A stretch of 64,000 nucleotides of DNA from Scenedesmus sp. PABB004 (Eukaryota): assembly GCA_014905635.1 (NCBI GenBank), contig JABVCE010000010.1, positions 248,001 to 312,000 on the forward strand, given 5' to 3'. Under the pieces are notes generated by a model. It did no database searches, was not told the origin of the DNA, and was given only the letters and a program-made list of their open reading frames with translations. The position numbers were made by a program, and so were the translations under genes. Positions 38,901 to 50,474 of this stretch are shown here, piece by piece; position 1 is the first letter of the stretch, and every line of letters starts with the position of its first letter.

Positions 38901-39622
38901 GGCGCACCGTAGATCTCCACCGCCTCCAGCAGCAGCAGCTCCTCGTCCGACTGCGGCGCGGCGCGGCCGGCGCGTCGGCGCCCACGCCTGTGCCCGCGCC
39001 CCGCTCCCCGCGCCCCCTGCGCCCCCTGCGCCGCCGCGGCGCCCGACGTCGCCCCGCCCCGCCCGCTCACCCCCCAGTCTGGGTGGAAGATGGGGAAGCT
39101 GAGGTTGTCCATGACCCGGTAGGCGTGGCTGTTGAGGTGCCCGCTGACCTGCACGCCGACGGCAAAGCACTGCACGCAGAGGTCAAAGTCGGCGCAGTCG
39201 GCGCACTTGATGCGCACGTTGTCGCTGATGTCGCGGTGGCAGTAGTTGCAGTGGTACAGCGCCCTGCGCGCGCGCGCGCCGGGCGCGCGAGTTGTTGGCG
39301 CGCGGCGGGGCGCCGACGCCTGCTGCGGCCGCTGCTGCGCCCTGCTGCCGCTGCCGGGGCGGCCGCGCGCCGCGACGCGGGGCCCCGAGCGCGGCGCGGC
39401 CCGTGCCAACGGGTCAGGGGCGGGCCGGGGCAGGCCCAGCGGCGCGCTGCACACCTGTTGGCCTCCTGCGTGGAGCGGCAGAAGGCGCTGTGCGCCGCGG
39501 CGCGCCGCGAGCGCCGCCCGCCCCTGCGGCGGCGCCAGGGCGTCAGCGGCGACGCCCAGGCGTGGCGGGGCGGCAGGGAAGCAGGTCACCGCCCCGCACC
39601 GCGCGGATCCGCCCTCCACCAT
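36009..39622 (-). CDS. ADA2: Transcriptional adaptor ADA2 (ZZ, SANT, SWIRM), spliced
   Basis: YHCNYCHRDIS..RIKCADCADFDLCVQCF, DWG|SDEELLLLEAVEIYG|MGNWAAVAEHVGTK, EFEPEWDNDAE, LDISGLPGVEALSAREAELC. Confidence 0.95.
38833..38899. repeat. (GCC)n repeat inside an ADA2 intron
   Basis: Long perfect gcc run. Confidence 0.9.
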
Positions 39623-40090
39623 GGCGCTGGAGGGGGTCGAGTGATTGCGTGTTGTGAGCCCGGCCGCTGCCGCGCCGGAGCGGCCGGCCCGCGATGCCCG
39701 CGGGTCCGGCGATGAACCAGCACCTCGCCCGCAAGAGCGCGCCCTCTGCCACGGCGTAGGCGAGCGGGGACAGTGGCGGTGCTGCTCCCGAGCGCCCGGC
39801 GCGCCAGGGAGGCGCGGAGGGCTGCCCAGGCGATCGTCCTGCGTGCTTGGTGGCCAGCGAAGCGATCGGGTTGTGGCTGCTCAAACCTCGGCACCGCGAG
39901 ACCCGAGCGACGGCCGAGCGCCGCAGACCGCCGTTGCGCCGGGCGCGGGCGCGCGCCTGTCCGCCCTGCTCCCCTTCCTGCGCAGTGCGTGCTTGAAGCT
40001 TCACAGCCACGCCCGCGGCACGCCTCGCCGCCGGGGGCGCGCGCGCGACAGCGGTCAGCCGACGGTCCGCGCCGGCGTCGCAGCGCCGCA

Positions 40091-40766
40091 ATGCACAGCC
40101 GCGCGGGCAGGCCGGCGCAGGCGCAGCAGCCCAAGCCGGCGGGCGGCTCGCTCTTCGGCTACGCGCCGCCGCCGGAGGTCGGCTGCGGCCGCGAAGTGCT
40201 GCGGTGGGTCCAGCGCCTCGACCTTAGCGTGCCCGTCGCCCACCCGCGCCGCGACCTGGCCAACGGCTTCTTCGTCGCCGAGATCCTGAGCCGCTTCTGG
40301 CCGGTACGTTGGCGCACCTGTAGGGGCTGGCCGCAGCAGCCAGCCCGGCGCCGACGGCGCGCCGGCCCGAGCCGGCGCCGCCATGCGCTGGGCCGCAGGC
40401 GGACGTCGCCATGCACGCCTATGCCAACGGCACGAGCGAGGCCTGCCGGCGCGACAACTGGGCGCAGGCGCGGCGCGCGGCGGCGCGCAACGGGCTGGAG
40501 CTCCCAGAGGCGCTCGCGTCGCGCGTGAGCGCGGGCGAGCCGGGCGCCGCGGTGGAGCTGCTCGAGCTGCTGTACGAGACGTTCAGCGGCAAAAAGTGAG
40601 CGGCGTGCGCGCGGCAGCGCTGCCGCGCTCAAGCCCGCAGCGCGCGCGAGCCGGGCCTGGTTCAGGCCCGCTAAGCCCCGCTCGCGGCGCGCGCAGGGTT
40701 CAGCGCGTCGACCCCAAGGACCTGCCCGGCATGGACGCCGCGGCCGCGGCCGCAGCCGCAGCCGCA

Positions 40767-40801
<35 letters not shown>

Positions 40802-40982
40802 ACCCGCGCTCTCGTTCGGCGCGCCGCCGGCCGCCTCGGAGAGTGGCGTGCTGCGCTCGATGCGCCCCGGTGGCGGGGGCGTGGCGCTCGAGTTTGGCAC
40901 GGTCGAGACGGCGGCCGCGGGCGGCAACGCGGCCGCGCTGCGCCGCAGGTTCGCGCAGGGCAGCGGCTCGGGCGGTAAGTGA
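40091..40982 (+). CDS. SPATA4/SPEF1-like CH-domain protein
   Basis: REVLRWVQRLDLSVPVAHPRRDLANGFFVAEILSRFWP|ADVAMHAYANGTS...DNW. Confidence 0.8.
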
Positions 40983-41002
40983 CGCGTCGCGACTTGGAGC
41001 GA

Positions 41003-41007
41003 TTACA
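41003..41007 (-). promoter_or_regulatory. TGTAA green-algal polyadenylation signal for the HemD gene
   Basis: TTACA on the + strand, about 80 nt past the stop codon at 41087. Confidence 0.5.
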
Positions 41008-41086
41008 GCCGCGCGCCGCGCGGCGCCAGCGCGCGCCCGCCAGCTGCGGGCGCCGGCGCGGGCGGCAGCGGCGGCGGCGGCGGTCG

Positions 41087-42280
41087 CTACGAGCTCGGGC
41101 CGCGCAGCGCGTCGCCCAGCGCCGCGACGAGGCCGTCAAAGGTCGCAAACGACTTGCTCACGACCGGCACGGGCAGCCCCAGCACCTCAGCCGCACCGGC
41201 GGCGGTGTAGGGGCCGTGCGCGGCGAGGACCACGCCGCGCTCGCGCACCGCCGCGGCGAGCGCGTCGCGGCCGCCCATGAGCAGGCACAGGCCCTGCGCC
41301 TCCGCGGTGCTGCTGAATGCGATCGCCGCGACGTGCCCCTCGCGCAGCAGCGCCGCCTCGGCCGCGCACGCGGCCGGCCCGGGCAGCGCGGGGCAGGTGA
41401 CGTAGGCCGGGACACGCGTTGCATGCGCGCCGGCGTCCGCGAGCGCGGCGAGGAAGCGCGGCACGACCGGCGGCTCGACCAGCCCGCCTGGCGGGCGCGC
41501 GCGGGGCAGCGGCGCGCGCGTCACGCGGCAGCCCACGCGGCAGCGGCGGCCGCGCCCCGCCCCGGCCGGCCGCGGCCAGCGCCGCGCCGCGGCGGCGCCG
41601 CCGCGCGCACCTGCCACGTGCGGCACGGGGCACAGGACGCGCGCGCCCGCGGCCTGCCCGCTCGCCGCGAGCTCGGCGGCCAGGCCCTTGGTGCTCGCCT
41701 CGGCGGGCGACACGTGCACCGTCAGCCCCGCGCCGCGCAGCGCCTCGCCGTCCGCGCCCAGCGCGCAGAGCTTGACGCCGCTCGCCGCGACCGCGTCGGC
41801 GGCCGCGCCGGGCCCGCCGTGCAGCGCCGCGAGGCGCTCGAGCACGGCCAGGATGCCGTTGCGCGACGTGAACGCGAGGTGCGTGAACTCAGCGAGCCGC
41901 GCGAGCGCGGCGTCGAGCTCGTCGAGCGCCGCCGCGTCGGTCAGCCGCGCGATGGCCACGCCCGGCACCCACAGCGGCGCGCCGCCGGCGTCGACAACCA
42001 GCCCCGCCAGCTTGGACGCGTACTGGCGCGGCGCGGTGATCAGCACGCGCCGCCCCGCGAGCGGCAGCTCGCCGTGCGGCGCGAGCGCGGCCCGCTGCCG
42101 CCGCCGCTGCTGCTCGTCGCGCTGCTGCTGGTCGCCGGCCGCGGACGCAGCAGCAGCAGCAGCCGCCGCGCGCGGCTGGCGCGGTGCCCGGGGCCTGCCG
42201 CTGCTGGTGGTGCTGCTGCTGCTGCTGCTGGTGGTGGTGGCGTGCCGCCCGCTCTGCCGGCGCGGCAGCCGCTGCTGCAT
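41087..42280 (-). CDS. hemD: Uroporphyrinogen-III synthase (HemD/HEM4 family); start uncertain
   Basis: PLAGRRVLITAPRQYA, LAFTSRNGI, ALGADGEAL, VLCPVP..GLVEPPVVPRF, AFSSTAE, AAHGPYTA. Confidence 0.85.
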   Translation of the reverse strand: MQQRLPRRQSGRHATTTSSSSSSTTSSGRPRAPRQPRAAAAAAAASAAGDQQQRDEQQRRRQRAALAPHGELPLAGRRVLITAPRQYASKLAGLVVDAGGAPLWVPGVAIARLTDAAALDELDAALARLAEFTHLAFTSRNGILAVLERLAALHGGPGAAADAVAASGVKLCALGADGEALRGAGLTVHVSPAEASTKGLAAELAASGQAAGARVLCPVPHVAGARGGAAAARRWPRPAGAGRGRRCRVGCRVTRAPLPRARPPGGLVEPPVVPRFLAALADAGAHATRVPAYVTCPALPGPAACAAEAALLREGHVAAIAFSSTAEAQGLCLLMGGRDALAAAVRERGVVLAAHGPYTAAGAAEVLGLPVPVVSKSFATFDGLVAALGDALRGPSS

Positions 42281-42727
42281 CTCGCTCCCGCGCCGAGCGC
42301 GCGCGCGGGCGCGGCACGCGTCACCGCTGCTGCCGGTGCGCGCGCGGGGCGCGCGGCGGCGGCGTGCCGCGGCAGCAGGCGCGTGCGAGGCGGGCACGGC
42401 TGCTGCGGGTTGTGGGGTCGTCGGCGGGGCTGCGCGGCCCAGCGGCCAGAGGCTGGGCCGTGACGCGCAGGCGCCGCCGCCGCCGCCGCGCCGCACGACC
42501 TACCCCCCCCCCCCCCCCCCCCGCTACGCAGGGCCACACACCAGTCTCTCCCCGAGCCCACCCTCCCGCCCGATCGGCGTGCTGTGCAGCGCGAGTGTGA
42601 GTCCACGCCCGACTCGCCACCGTGCTCGCCTGCTGTGCGCGCCCCGCTCGCCCGGGTCGAGGGCGGGCGGCTGCGCCCGGCGGTGCATGCCGGCGGGCGC
42701 CCTGGTGGGGCCGCTGCTCGCGTCGCG

Positions 42728-43890
42728 ATGCTGCAGCGCAGCCTGCTCATGAGCCGCAGCGGCGCCTCAAGCCTGTGGTCGGGCTACTGCGACCAGCTGC
42801 GCCGCAAGCCCCTGCTCACCAAGGCCGCCACGGGTGAGCGGCCGGCCGGGCGGGGCGGGGGGCACCGACGACGCCGAGAGCCTTCGCCCGTCGCCGGGCG
42901 GGCGGCTCGCGGCGCGGCGCTCGCGCGACGCAGAGCCAGCATCAGCGGCAAGGCCTGGGCCGCGGCCCGGCCTGCGCCGCTCGCGCCCGGCGGCGCGGCG
43001 GCGCGCGCGGTCGCGGCGCGCGCAGCAGCGCGCCGACGCCGCGCCGCCCGCGCCGCGCGCGCCGCGCGCCGCGCCGCAGGCGTGCTGGGCAGCATCATCG
43101 GCGACGGCCTCGCGCAGTACACGGCCTCCCGCGGCGCGCGGCGCCCGGGGGCGGGCTTTGAGTACGACGGCGCGCGCATGACGCGGCTGTGCGCCTACTC
43201 CGCCCTCATCGGCACGCCCATCGGGCACTACTGGTTCGCCTTCCTCGACAAGGTGCGGGCCGGGCTGTGTGTGCGTGTGTGTGCGTGTTTGAGGGGGCGC
43301 AGGGCGCAAGGGGCGGCGCGGCGCGCCAAACAACCGCCGCCGCGACGCCGCACGCGACCGCGCCGCGCACCTGCAGTGCATCTTCCCCGGCGCGCCGACC
43401 GCGCCCGGCACGGTGCTGCTCAAGACGCTGCTGGACCAGGGGCTCATGGCGCCGCTCGGCATCGCGGTGTTCTTCGTGGCCATGTCGCTCATGGAGGGGC
43501 GCACCCCGCGCGACGCCGCGGCCGCGGCGGCGGCCAAGTTCCGGCCCACGCTGCTCGCCAACTACGCGCTCTGGCCCGCCGCCAACCTGGTCAACTTTGC
43601 GTTTGTGCCGCCGCCGCAGCGCATCCTCTACTGCAACGCCATCTACGTGCGCACCGCGCCGCAGCAGCAGCGCCCGCGCCTGCGCGCCGCACGCGCGCCG
43701 CACGCGCGCCGCGCCCCGCGCGCGCCGCGCCCGCGCGCGCCTCATCGCACGCGCGCCGCCGCCGCGTCGCCGCCGCCGCGTCGGGCGCGCGCAGGTGTTT
43801 TGGGCGTCCTACCTGTCGGCCATGGCCTCCAGCAAGGGCGCGCCGCCGCCGGCCGCGTTTGACCTCGACCTCGCGCAGAAGGAGCTGTGA
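42728..43890 (+). CDS. Mpv17/PMP22 family membrane protein, spliced
   Basis: KPLLTKAATG..IGDGLAQ, HYWFAFLDK, KTLLDQGLMAP, NYALWPAANLVNFAFVPP, FWASYLS. Confidence 0.93.
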
Positions 43891-45120
43891 GGCGGGGCCG
43901 GGCGCGTGCTGTGTGCGAGGCCGGGGGCCGCGCCGCGTGCCGCCCGGCGCGGCCGGGCCGCGGGGGATGGCGCGCGCGCCCGCGCCGGCGCGCGCCGCGC
44001 GTCGCCCAGCGGTGCTGCGAGCGCACCCTGTGCGGCGCGGCGCGCCGGCGCGGGGGCACGCGCGGGGCAGCGGAGGGTGCCTGGGCGCGGGGGGTATTGC
44101 GTGCGTGTGCGGGCGGGGGCGCGTGCGGGTGCGGGGGCTGCCGTCGGTGGGGCCGGCGCGCGCCCGGCGGTGCTGCGCCCGCCGGCGCCCCGCCGCCGGG
44201 GCCGTGTGTTTTAGCGGGGCATTCGTAGGGCCAGGGCCGGGCAGGGAGGGGGCGGCTGCCAGCGCCGCCGTCCTGCCCGTCAGCGGCCTCGCAAGGCCGC
44301 CGCACGCGGGCGGCGACGGCGCGGGGCGGGCAGGCGCGCGCCCCGCGCGCGGCGGAGCCTGCCCGCCTGCGCGCCGCGCGCAGCAGCGGCCATCGCCGCA
44401 CCGCGGCGCACCCCCCTTTTTCGCTGAATTCCGGGGGGACCCTTGACGACGACTGCAGCAGCGAACTGCCGATGATGATGACGGCGGCGGCGAACCTCCT
44501 TTGCTTTTTCCGGCCCCTGAACACTCTCTCTGCCTTGCACCGCTGCGTGTGTCGTGTCGTGTGTGCCTAGCGTAGCGTGCGCGGGCCTACGATTTAGGCG
44601 CCATGCCGGGTGCAGGCGGCGGCGCGGCATGGCCCCGCGCCGCGCGCCACCACCACCGTCTGCAGCGCAGCGGGCGGCGGCCTTGTTTCGCGTAGGGCTC
44701 CCCCCCCCCTCCTCCCTTGATCCCCAGCATTGGTCTCTGCGTGCGTGCCTCGCTGCGTGCGTGCGGCATGTCATGGACGCGGCGGCGTGGCGGTGGCCGC
44801 GGTGGCCGCGGATGTACAACACAAACGGGCAGGATGCATGGTGCGAGGCCATGGTGGTGCGGCGTGATGAGCACGCGGGCAACGGGCAACGCGATCACGC
44901 GTTTCTCGCGACGTCACTCGCGCGCGCCGCGCGGCCGCCGCGTCAGTGACAAGTGCGCGGCTTAAAGCTGCGGCGCTTGATCGCTCGGCCGCCCTCTCCG
45001 CGATCGCAATCGCGTCGCCCCGCCCCAACATCGGACGCGCCGTTCCGCGAGCAGCAGCAGCAGCAGCACACCCGCAGCATCCCACAGCCCCGTCTCTCGC
45101 AGCCCCGCCGAGCAGCGGCC

Positions 45121-45795
45121 ATGGCCCGCTTCCTGCCGATCGCGCTCCTGGCGCTGCTTGTTCTGGCGGCCTGTGGCCCCGCCAGCGCGCAGGAGAAGGC
45201 CAAGAAGCCGCCGGCCGCAGCTGGCGCGACCGCGAAGCCGGCCAGCAAGGTGACGCCCAAGCAGGTCACCGGGCTTTACAACTGCGGAGGAGCGCAGCAG
45301 CTGACGGGCTCGGGCGGCAAGAACCTGTGCTGGTGAGAGCGCGCGGCCGGCCCAAACCAATGCGCGCCCGCCTCCCCGCGCACCCGCGTCCCGGGGGCGC
45401 CCGGCGCCGTCAGATCGCGCGCGCACGGGCCAACGCGGCTCCCCCGCGGCCGCGGCAGCTGGCCCGCAGGCCCGCCGGCGGCGGCCGCAGCAGCTGCCGG
45501 CGGTGACGCCTTCTGTTTTTCTCACGCCGCCGCCGCCGCGTCCCGCAGCCCGCTGTGCTGGTGCCTGGGCAGCCAGAACTCGGCCTTTGCGTCCGCCGCG
45601 ATCCAGCGCTACTGCACGACCAAGTGCTCGCAGTGCGTCGCGGACGCGCAGAAGTGCGCGAGCCCGACCGCGGAGCTCCCCGCGTCGTGCAAGCAGGGCC
45701 TGCAGTTCTCGCCGGCCGTGTCAGCGGTCGTCAACAGCTGCGTCGCGCAGTACCTCAACGACCCCTCCAGCCTGAGCCTCGTCAAGGGCTGCTAG
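45121..45795 (+). CDS. Small secreted cysteine-rich protein (152 aa, two exons 45121-45332 and 45549-45795)
   Basis: Signal peptide MARFLPIALLALLVLAACGPASA; GT-AG intron joins in frame; 12 Cys in the predicted mature region. Confidence 0.75.
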
Positions 45796-46354
45796 GCGCG
45801 CGCGCGGAGGCGCGACGAGCGATTGCGCCCGCCGCGCGGCGGGCCTGCCGGCGCGCGGGCGCGCCGTGGCGGCGGCGCGGAACGTCTTGTGCGGCAAGCG
45901 GCGGCGCTGCGGGCGCTTGCGTGACTGTGATGCGGACGGCGGGCGAGCCGTGGGGTCGGCCGGGCCAGGAGAGCGCGGGCCGCGTTGCTGAGGGCGCCGC
46001 GGCGGCGCTGCGTGATCTCTCGTGAGCGGCCTGTCGGCGGCGCCCGTTGACGTGCAACCGGGAACGCAGCGCGCCCCACGCACCGACCAAGAATGGAGAG
46101 CGGCGAGCGGGCGCGACTGCCGCGCTCGTTCGCCTGCTCGCAGACCAACGCGCCGCCAACTGGCACAGATCAGCGGCAGGCCAGAGGGCAGCTTATTCAA
46201 CACTGCCAGCCGAGCAAACCCTCGGCCCGCGCGCCGCCCTCCCGCTCAGATGCGCGCTCCGCGGCGGCGCCGCGCATGCGCGCTGCCCGCGCGCCGCCGC
46301 TCCCGCCCCGGGCCGCCCCGCACAGGCGGGGCCCCGGCGCGCAGCCGCCCCGCC

Positions 46355-48020
46355 CTAGGCCTCAGCCGCGGCCCCGGCGGCCTCGCCCGCGGCGGCGCCC
46401 TTGGCCTTTGTCGCCCAGACGACGTACATGGGGTCCGACTTGCCAAAGAGGCCGCCGCGGGGGCTGATGTCGCGCGCGACCGGCGCGTCAAAGCCGCCCG
46501 GCACGCTATAGTGAAAGTACGACCCCACGATCCAGATGTGGTCCTCGTCGCCCGTCGCCGTCCACAGCGCGATCGCTGCGGGGCGCGCGGCCGGGCGCGT
46601 GTAACGACACAGCGGCGCGGCGGGCGAGCGTCGCGGGCCGCCGTGGTCCGCGCCGCGCCGGGCGGCGCGCCCCCGCGCCGCGCGCTGCGCCGCGCCGGGC
46701 GCGGCGCGCCGCTCACCCTTGGTCGGGAAGCAGCGGTTTGAGAACGACATGATCGCCTTGCCGCCCGGCTTGAGCACGCGGTGGATCTCCTGGAACACCT
46801 GCGCCACCACGCGGCGACGGCGGGCTCGCTGCGCCGCCCCGCCCCGCACCGCCCGCCGCCGCGCCCCCGGACGCCGCCGCCCCTGCGCCCCCGCGCGCCG
46901 CTGCCACAGCCCCAGCCCGCCCCTTCAACACCGCCCCGCGCCGCCGCCGCGCCTCGAGCGGCTTGTTGAGGTAGTCCACGCTGACTGCGTTAGTGACGAC
47001 GTCAAAGGTGTCGTCCGGGAAGGGCAGGTCGGGCTCGAGGTTGAGGTCGTGCGCGACGAACTCGGTGACCTGCTTGTTGCTCGCCAGCTCCTCCTCATTC
47101 ATGCCCAGCGCTGCGGCGGCGCGGCCGCGGCGGCGGGGCGCGGCCGCGGCGGCGGGGCGTCATGCGTGGGAGGGCGTGAGGGCAGGGGCGTGGAGGGGGC
47201 GCGGGGAAGGGGCGGGCGCGTCGCCAGGCGCGCGCGCGGCGCGGCGGCGGGCACGCACCCACGATGCGGCCGGCCTTGTAGCCCGGCGGGTAGTGGCTGA
47301 CCCAGCTGCTGCAGATGTCGAGCACCGCCACGTCGTCCTGCCCACTCGGCGGCAGCGCCTCGGCGTAGAAGCTGCGAGCGGGAGACGCGCGTGGGCGGGA
47401 GACGCGCGTGCGCGGCACGCGCGCGCCGCCGCTGCCACCGCCGCTGCCGCCGCCGCCGCTGCCGCCGCGGCTCACTCTGTGAGCGCCTTGACCGCGCCGT
47501 CGTCGATGTGGTACACAAAGCGCGGCGCCTCGTAAAAGACGCTGTCGTCGCTCTCGTCGTACCGCAGAAAGTCCTCCGGCCGGAAGGGCCACTTCTCGGG
47601 CCACTTGGGGTCGGCGAGCACCTGCACGGCGCAGCGCGGGGTCGCCGCCGCGAGGGGCCCGCTGCGCGCGGCGCGCGGCGCGCGGCGCAGCCGCTGCCGC
47701 GGCCAATCGCGCGACCGCCGCTGCGGCGCCGGGCCTGGCGTGCGGCGGCGCACCTTCTCCTTCTCCGACATGGCCGCCGCGTGTGCGACGGAGCTGCTGC
47801 CGCGGCCGCCGGCGAGCTGCAGCGCGCCGGCGCCGCCGAGCACCATGGATCCCAGCAGCTGCCGCCGCGACGGCCCCGCCGCGTGCGAGGAGGCGGCTTG
47901 GGGCCCCGACTGTGCGCGGGCGCGGGCTCCGGCGCCGGGGAGGCGCAGCACGGCGCTGCAGGCCAGGCGCGGCATTCGCTCGACCCCGCTGCTCAGCGAG
48001 GAGCAGCGCAGGCGCTGCAT
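46355..48020 (-). CDS. SAM-dependent methyltransferase type 11, probably plastid-targeted, spliced
   Basis: RYDESDDSVFYEAPRFVYHIDDGA, VLDICSSWVSHYP, NAVSVDYLNKP, SFSNRCFPTK, DPMYVV. Confidence 0.92.
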
Positions 48021-48301
48021 GGCGTGAATTGCGATCGCGGGCGCCTTCCTCGGCGACACGGGCGTGCACGCGGTGGTGGATTGGGGTGCGCTGGTGGGCG
48101 TGGGCGCCTGTGGCTGCTGCTGGAGCGGTCGCTGCCGCGCGTGGCGAAGGCGCCCTCCCCGCGTCTGGCTGCGGCTGCGGTGGCGAGCCTGTTGTTGCGC
48201 CGAGCCCGGCGCGCGCGGGGGAGGCTGGGTCCGCGTCGCGGCTGCGCGTCACAGCGCCGCGCTGAGCCCCGCGCCGCGCTCGAGTCCAGCGGCCGCCGCC
48301 G

Positions 48302-50442
48302 TCACCGCGCCGCCGCGCCGCCGCCCTGCTCCTCCTCCTCCTCCGCCTGCGCGGTGCCGCCGGCGAGCAGCCAGCCGGCGAGGCCAAAGTAGGGCACGAG
48401 CCTGAACCGCGCGGGCGCGGCTTGCAGGAAGGCCAGCTGCCAGAGGTAGAACAGACCCATGTCCAGCCAGAACGCCCAGAAGACCTTTTGGGCAAGACAA
48501 GCGACGAGGGCGCGGGGCGGCGGCCGGCGCGTCGTGAGCGCGTGAGCGCACGCGCGCGCGCGCGTGGTGCGCAGAGGCGCGTGCGGCGGGCTGGCAGCGC
48601 GGCCCCGCGCGGCTGCCGCGCGCACCCGGTTGGTGGCGAGCGTCGTCTGCAGGTACTCGGCGCGCGCCGCGAGGTCGCCAAACTCGGGCCGCCCGAACAG
48701 CGCCCACGCGATCGAAAACGCGCCGACCGCTGCGCCAAAGCCGCCGACGCCGCGCGCCCAGCCCGGCAGGCGCTGGCTGCCCGGGCGCGGCACGCGGCGG
48801 GGGCGGCCCGGCGCGCCGCCGGGGCGGCCGCCGGCCGCGGCGGCGGACGGCTCTGGCGGCTCTGGCGCCGCGCGCAGGGCCATGAAGGGGATGAAGAAGA
48901 CTGCGCGGTTCAGGGTTTAGGGTTTAGGGTGGTGCGTGGTGCGTGTGGTGGTTTGTGATTGAGTGAGCGAGTGCGTGTGCGCGTGGCGTGACACGCGCAC
49001 ACGCGCGTGTCGGTCGGGAGGGAGGGTGGGCCCCGGCTCCGGGGCGCGCGCGCGCGGGCGCCGGGCGCACCACCACACACCCCGCGCGCCGCCCCAGCGA
49101 GTCTCACCGTTTGTCAGGAACATGATCGCACCAAACCACACGCCCTGGGCGCCCGCACGCCAGCGGCGGCGGCGGCGGCAGCACGCGTGGGGCGGCAGCG
49201 CGCGTGGGACGGCGCGGCGCGCCCGCGGCGGCGGGGCGGCAAACCCATGGGCGCCGCCGGAGCACGCGCGCGCGCGCACGCGCCGGGAGTCCGGGCCCCT
49301 CGCACCTTGCGGTCCACCTTTTCGGACGGCCCGTCGGTGAGGATGGCAGGCAGGAACATGAGCGCCCACCTGCGCCGCCGCGCCGCGGGGCTGCCGCGTC
49401 AGCAGCCGGCGGCGCGGCAACGCGCGTGCCTGCCTGCTCGCTCCAGCACGCGCCACGCCCCTCCCTCCCCCGCGCGCCCGTCCCTGCCCTCGCTAGTCCT
49501 AACACCAACTGCAGCTCGGTGCTCACCCCAGCACAAAGTTGAAGACCGCCTCGCTCACGGGCGGGCTGGGGGCGTGTGGGATGACGCTCAGGTGCGCCGC
49601 GGTCAGCGCGTCGTTGACCCACCAGATGTTGACCGACTCCTGGGGGCGGCCCGGGCGGCCGGGGCGGTTTGAGCGGCGGCCGCGCACCGCCGCGGGCGGG
49701 CGGGCGGGCGCGCGGCGACGCGCGGAGGTTGCGGCTGGAGGCGGGCGGCGGGGGCGCGCGCGCGCGCGCGTGCGTGCGCGGCGGCGGGGAGGGCGCGGCG
49801 GGCGTGCGCGGCGGCGCCGCACCGTGAAGACCTCTTGCAGCACCTCTGGCGGCGTCGCGATCGCGGGCGGCCCCGGCGCGGCGTCGCTGAGCATGACGAG
49901 CGAGATGTAGCCTGGGGGCCGGGGCGGGGCGGGGCGGGCGGAGGCGCGTGAGCGGGCGGGCTGGTCGCCGGCTGCCGCGGCGCGGCGCGGCGGGGGCCGG
50001 CAGGGCTGAGGGAGCGGCGGCGCGGCGCCGCGGGCCCACCAATGTACAGCGCCCAGACGGCCGCCGAGGCGATGGGCAGGCTCTTGAGCCGCGCGGGGTC
50101 GGCGCCGCCGGGGCCGAGGCGCCGGATGAGCGGCGTGAGCGTGCCGAGGAGCTGCAGCGTCGAGTCGCCCGGCTTGGCCGCCGGCTCGACCACGTCGCGC
50201 ACCTGCAGCCAGCCGCGCGGGCGCCGCCCGTTCACGCGCCAGCGCTGCGCGGCTGCCGGCACGCTGCCGGCACGCCGGCGCGCCGCGCCGTTGGCTGCGC
50301 GCGGTTGCCTCGCTCGCGCGCCGTGCGGCGCGGCCGCCGCACCGTCGCGATCTGGCGCCCGTCTGGCGTGAGCGTGATGAAGCTGCAGCCGCGGCTGAAG
50401 GGGAACACGATGCCATCACCGCACTCGACGTGCCTGCGCCAC

Positions 50443-50474
<32 letters not shown>

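Noticed and set aside
44200..44950. Compositionally odd intergenic stretch with small ORFs
   Set aside because: No TIR, TSD, recognisable RNA gene or coding signal seen; probably UTR or promoter
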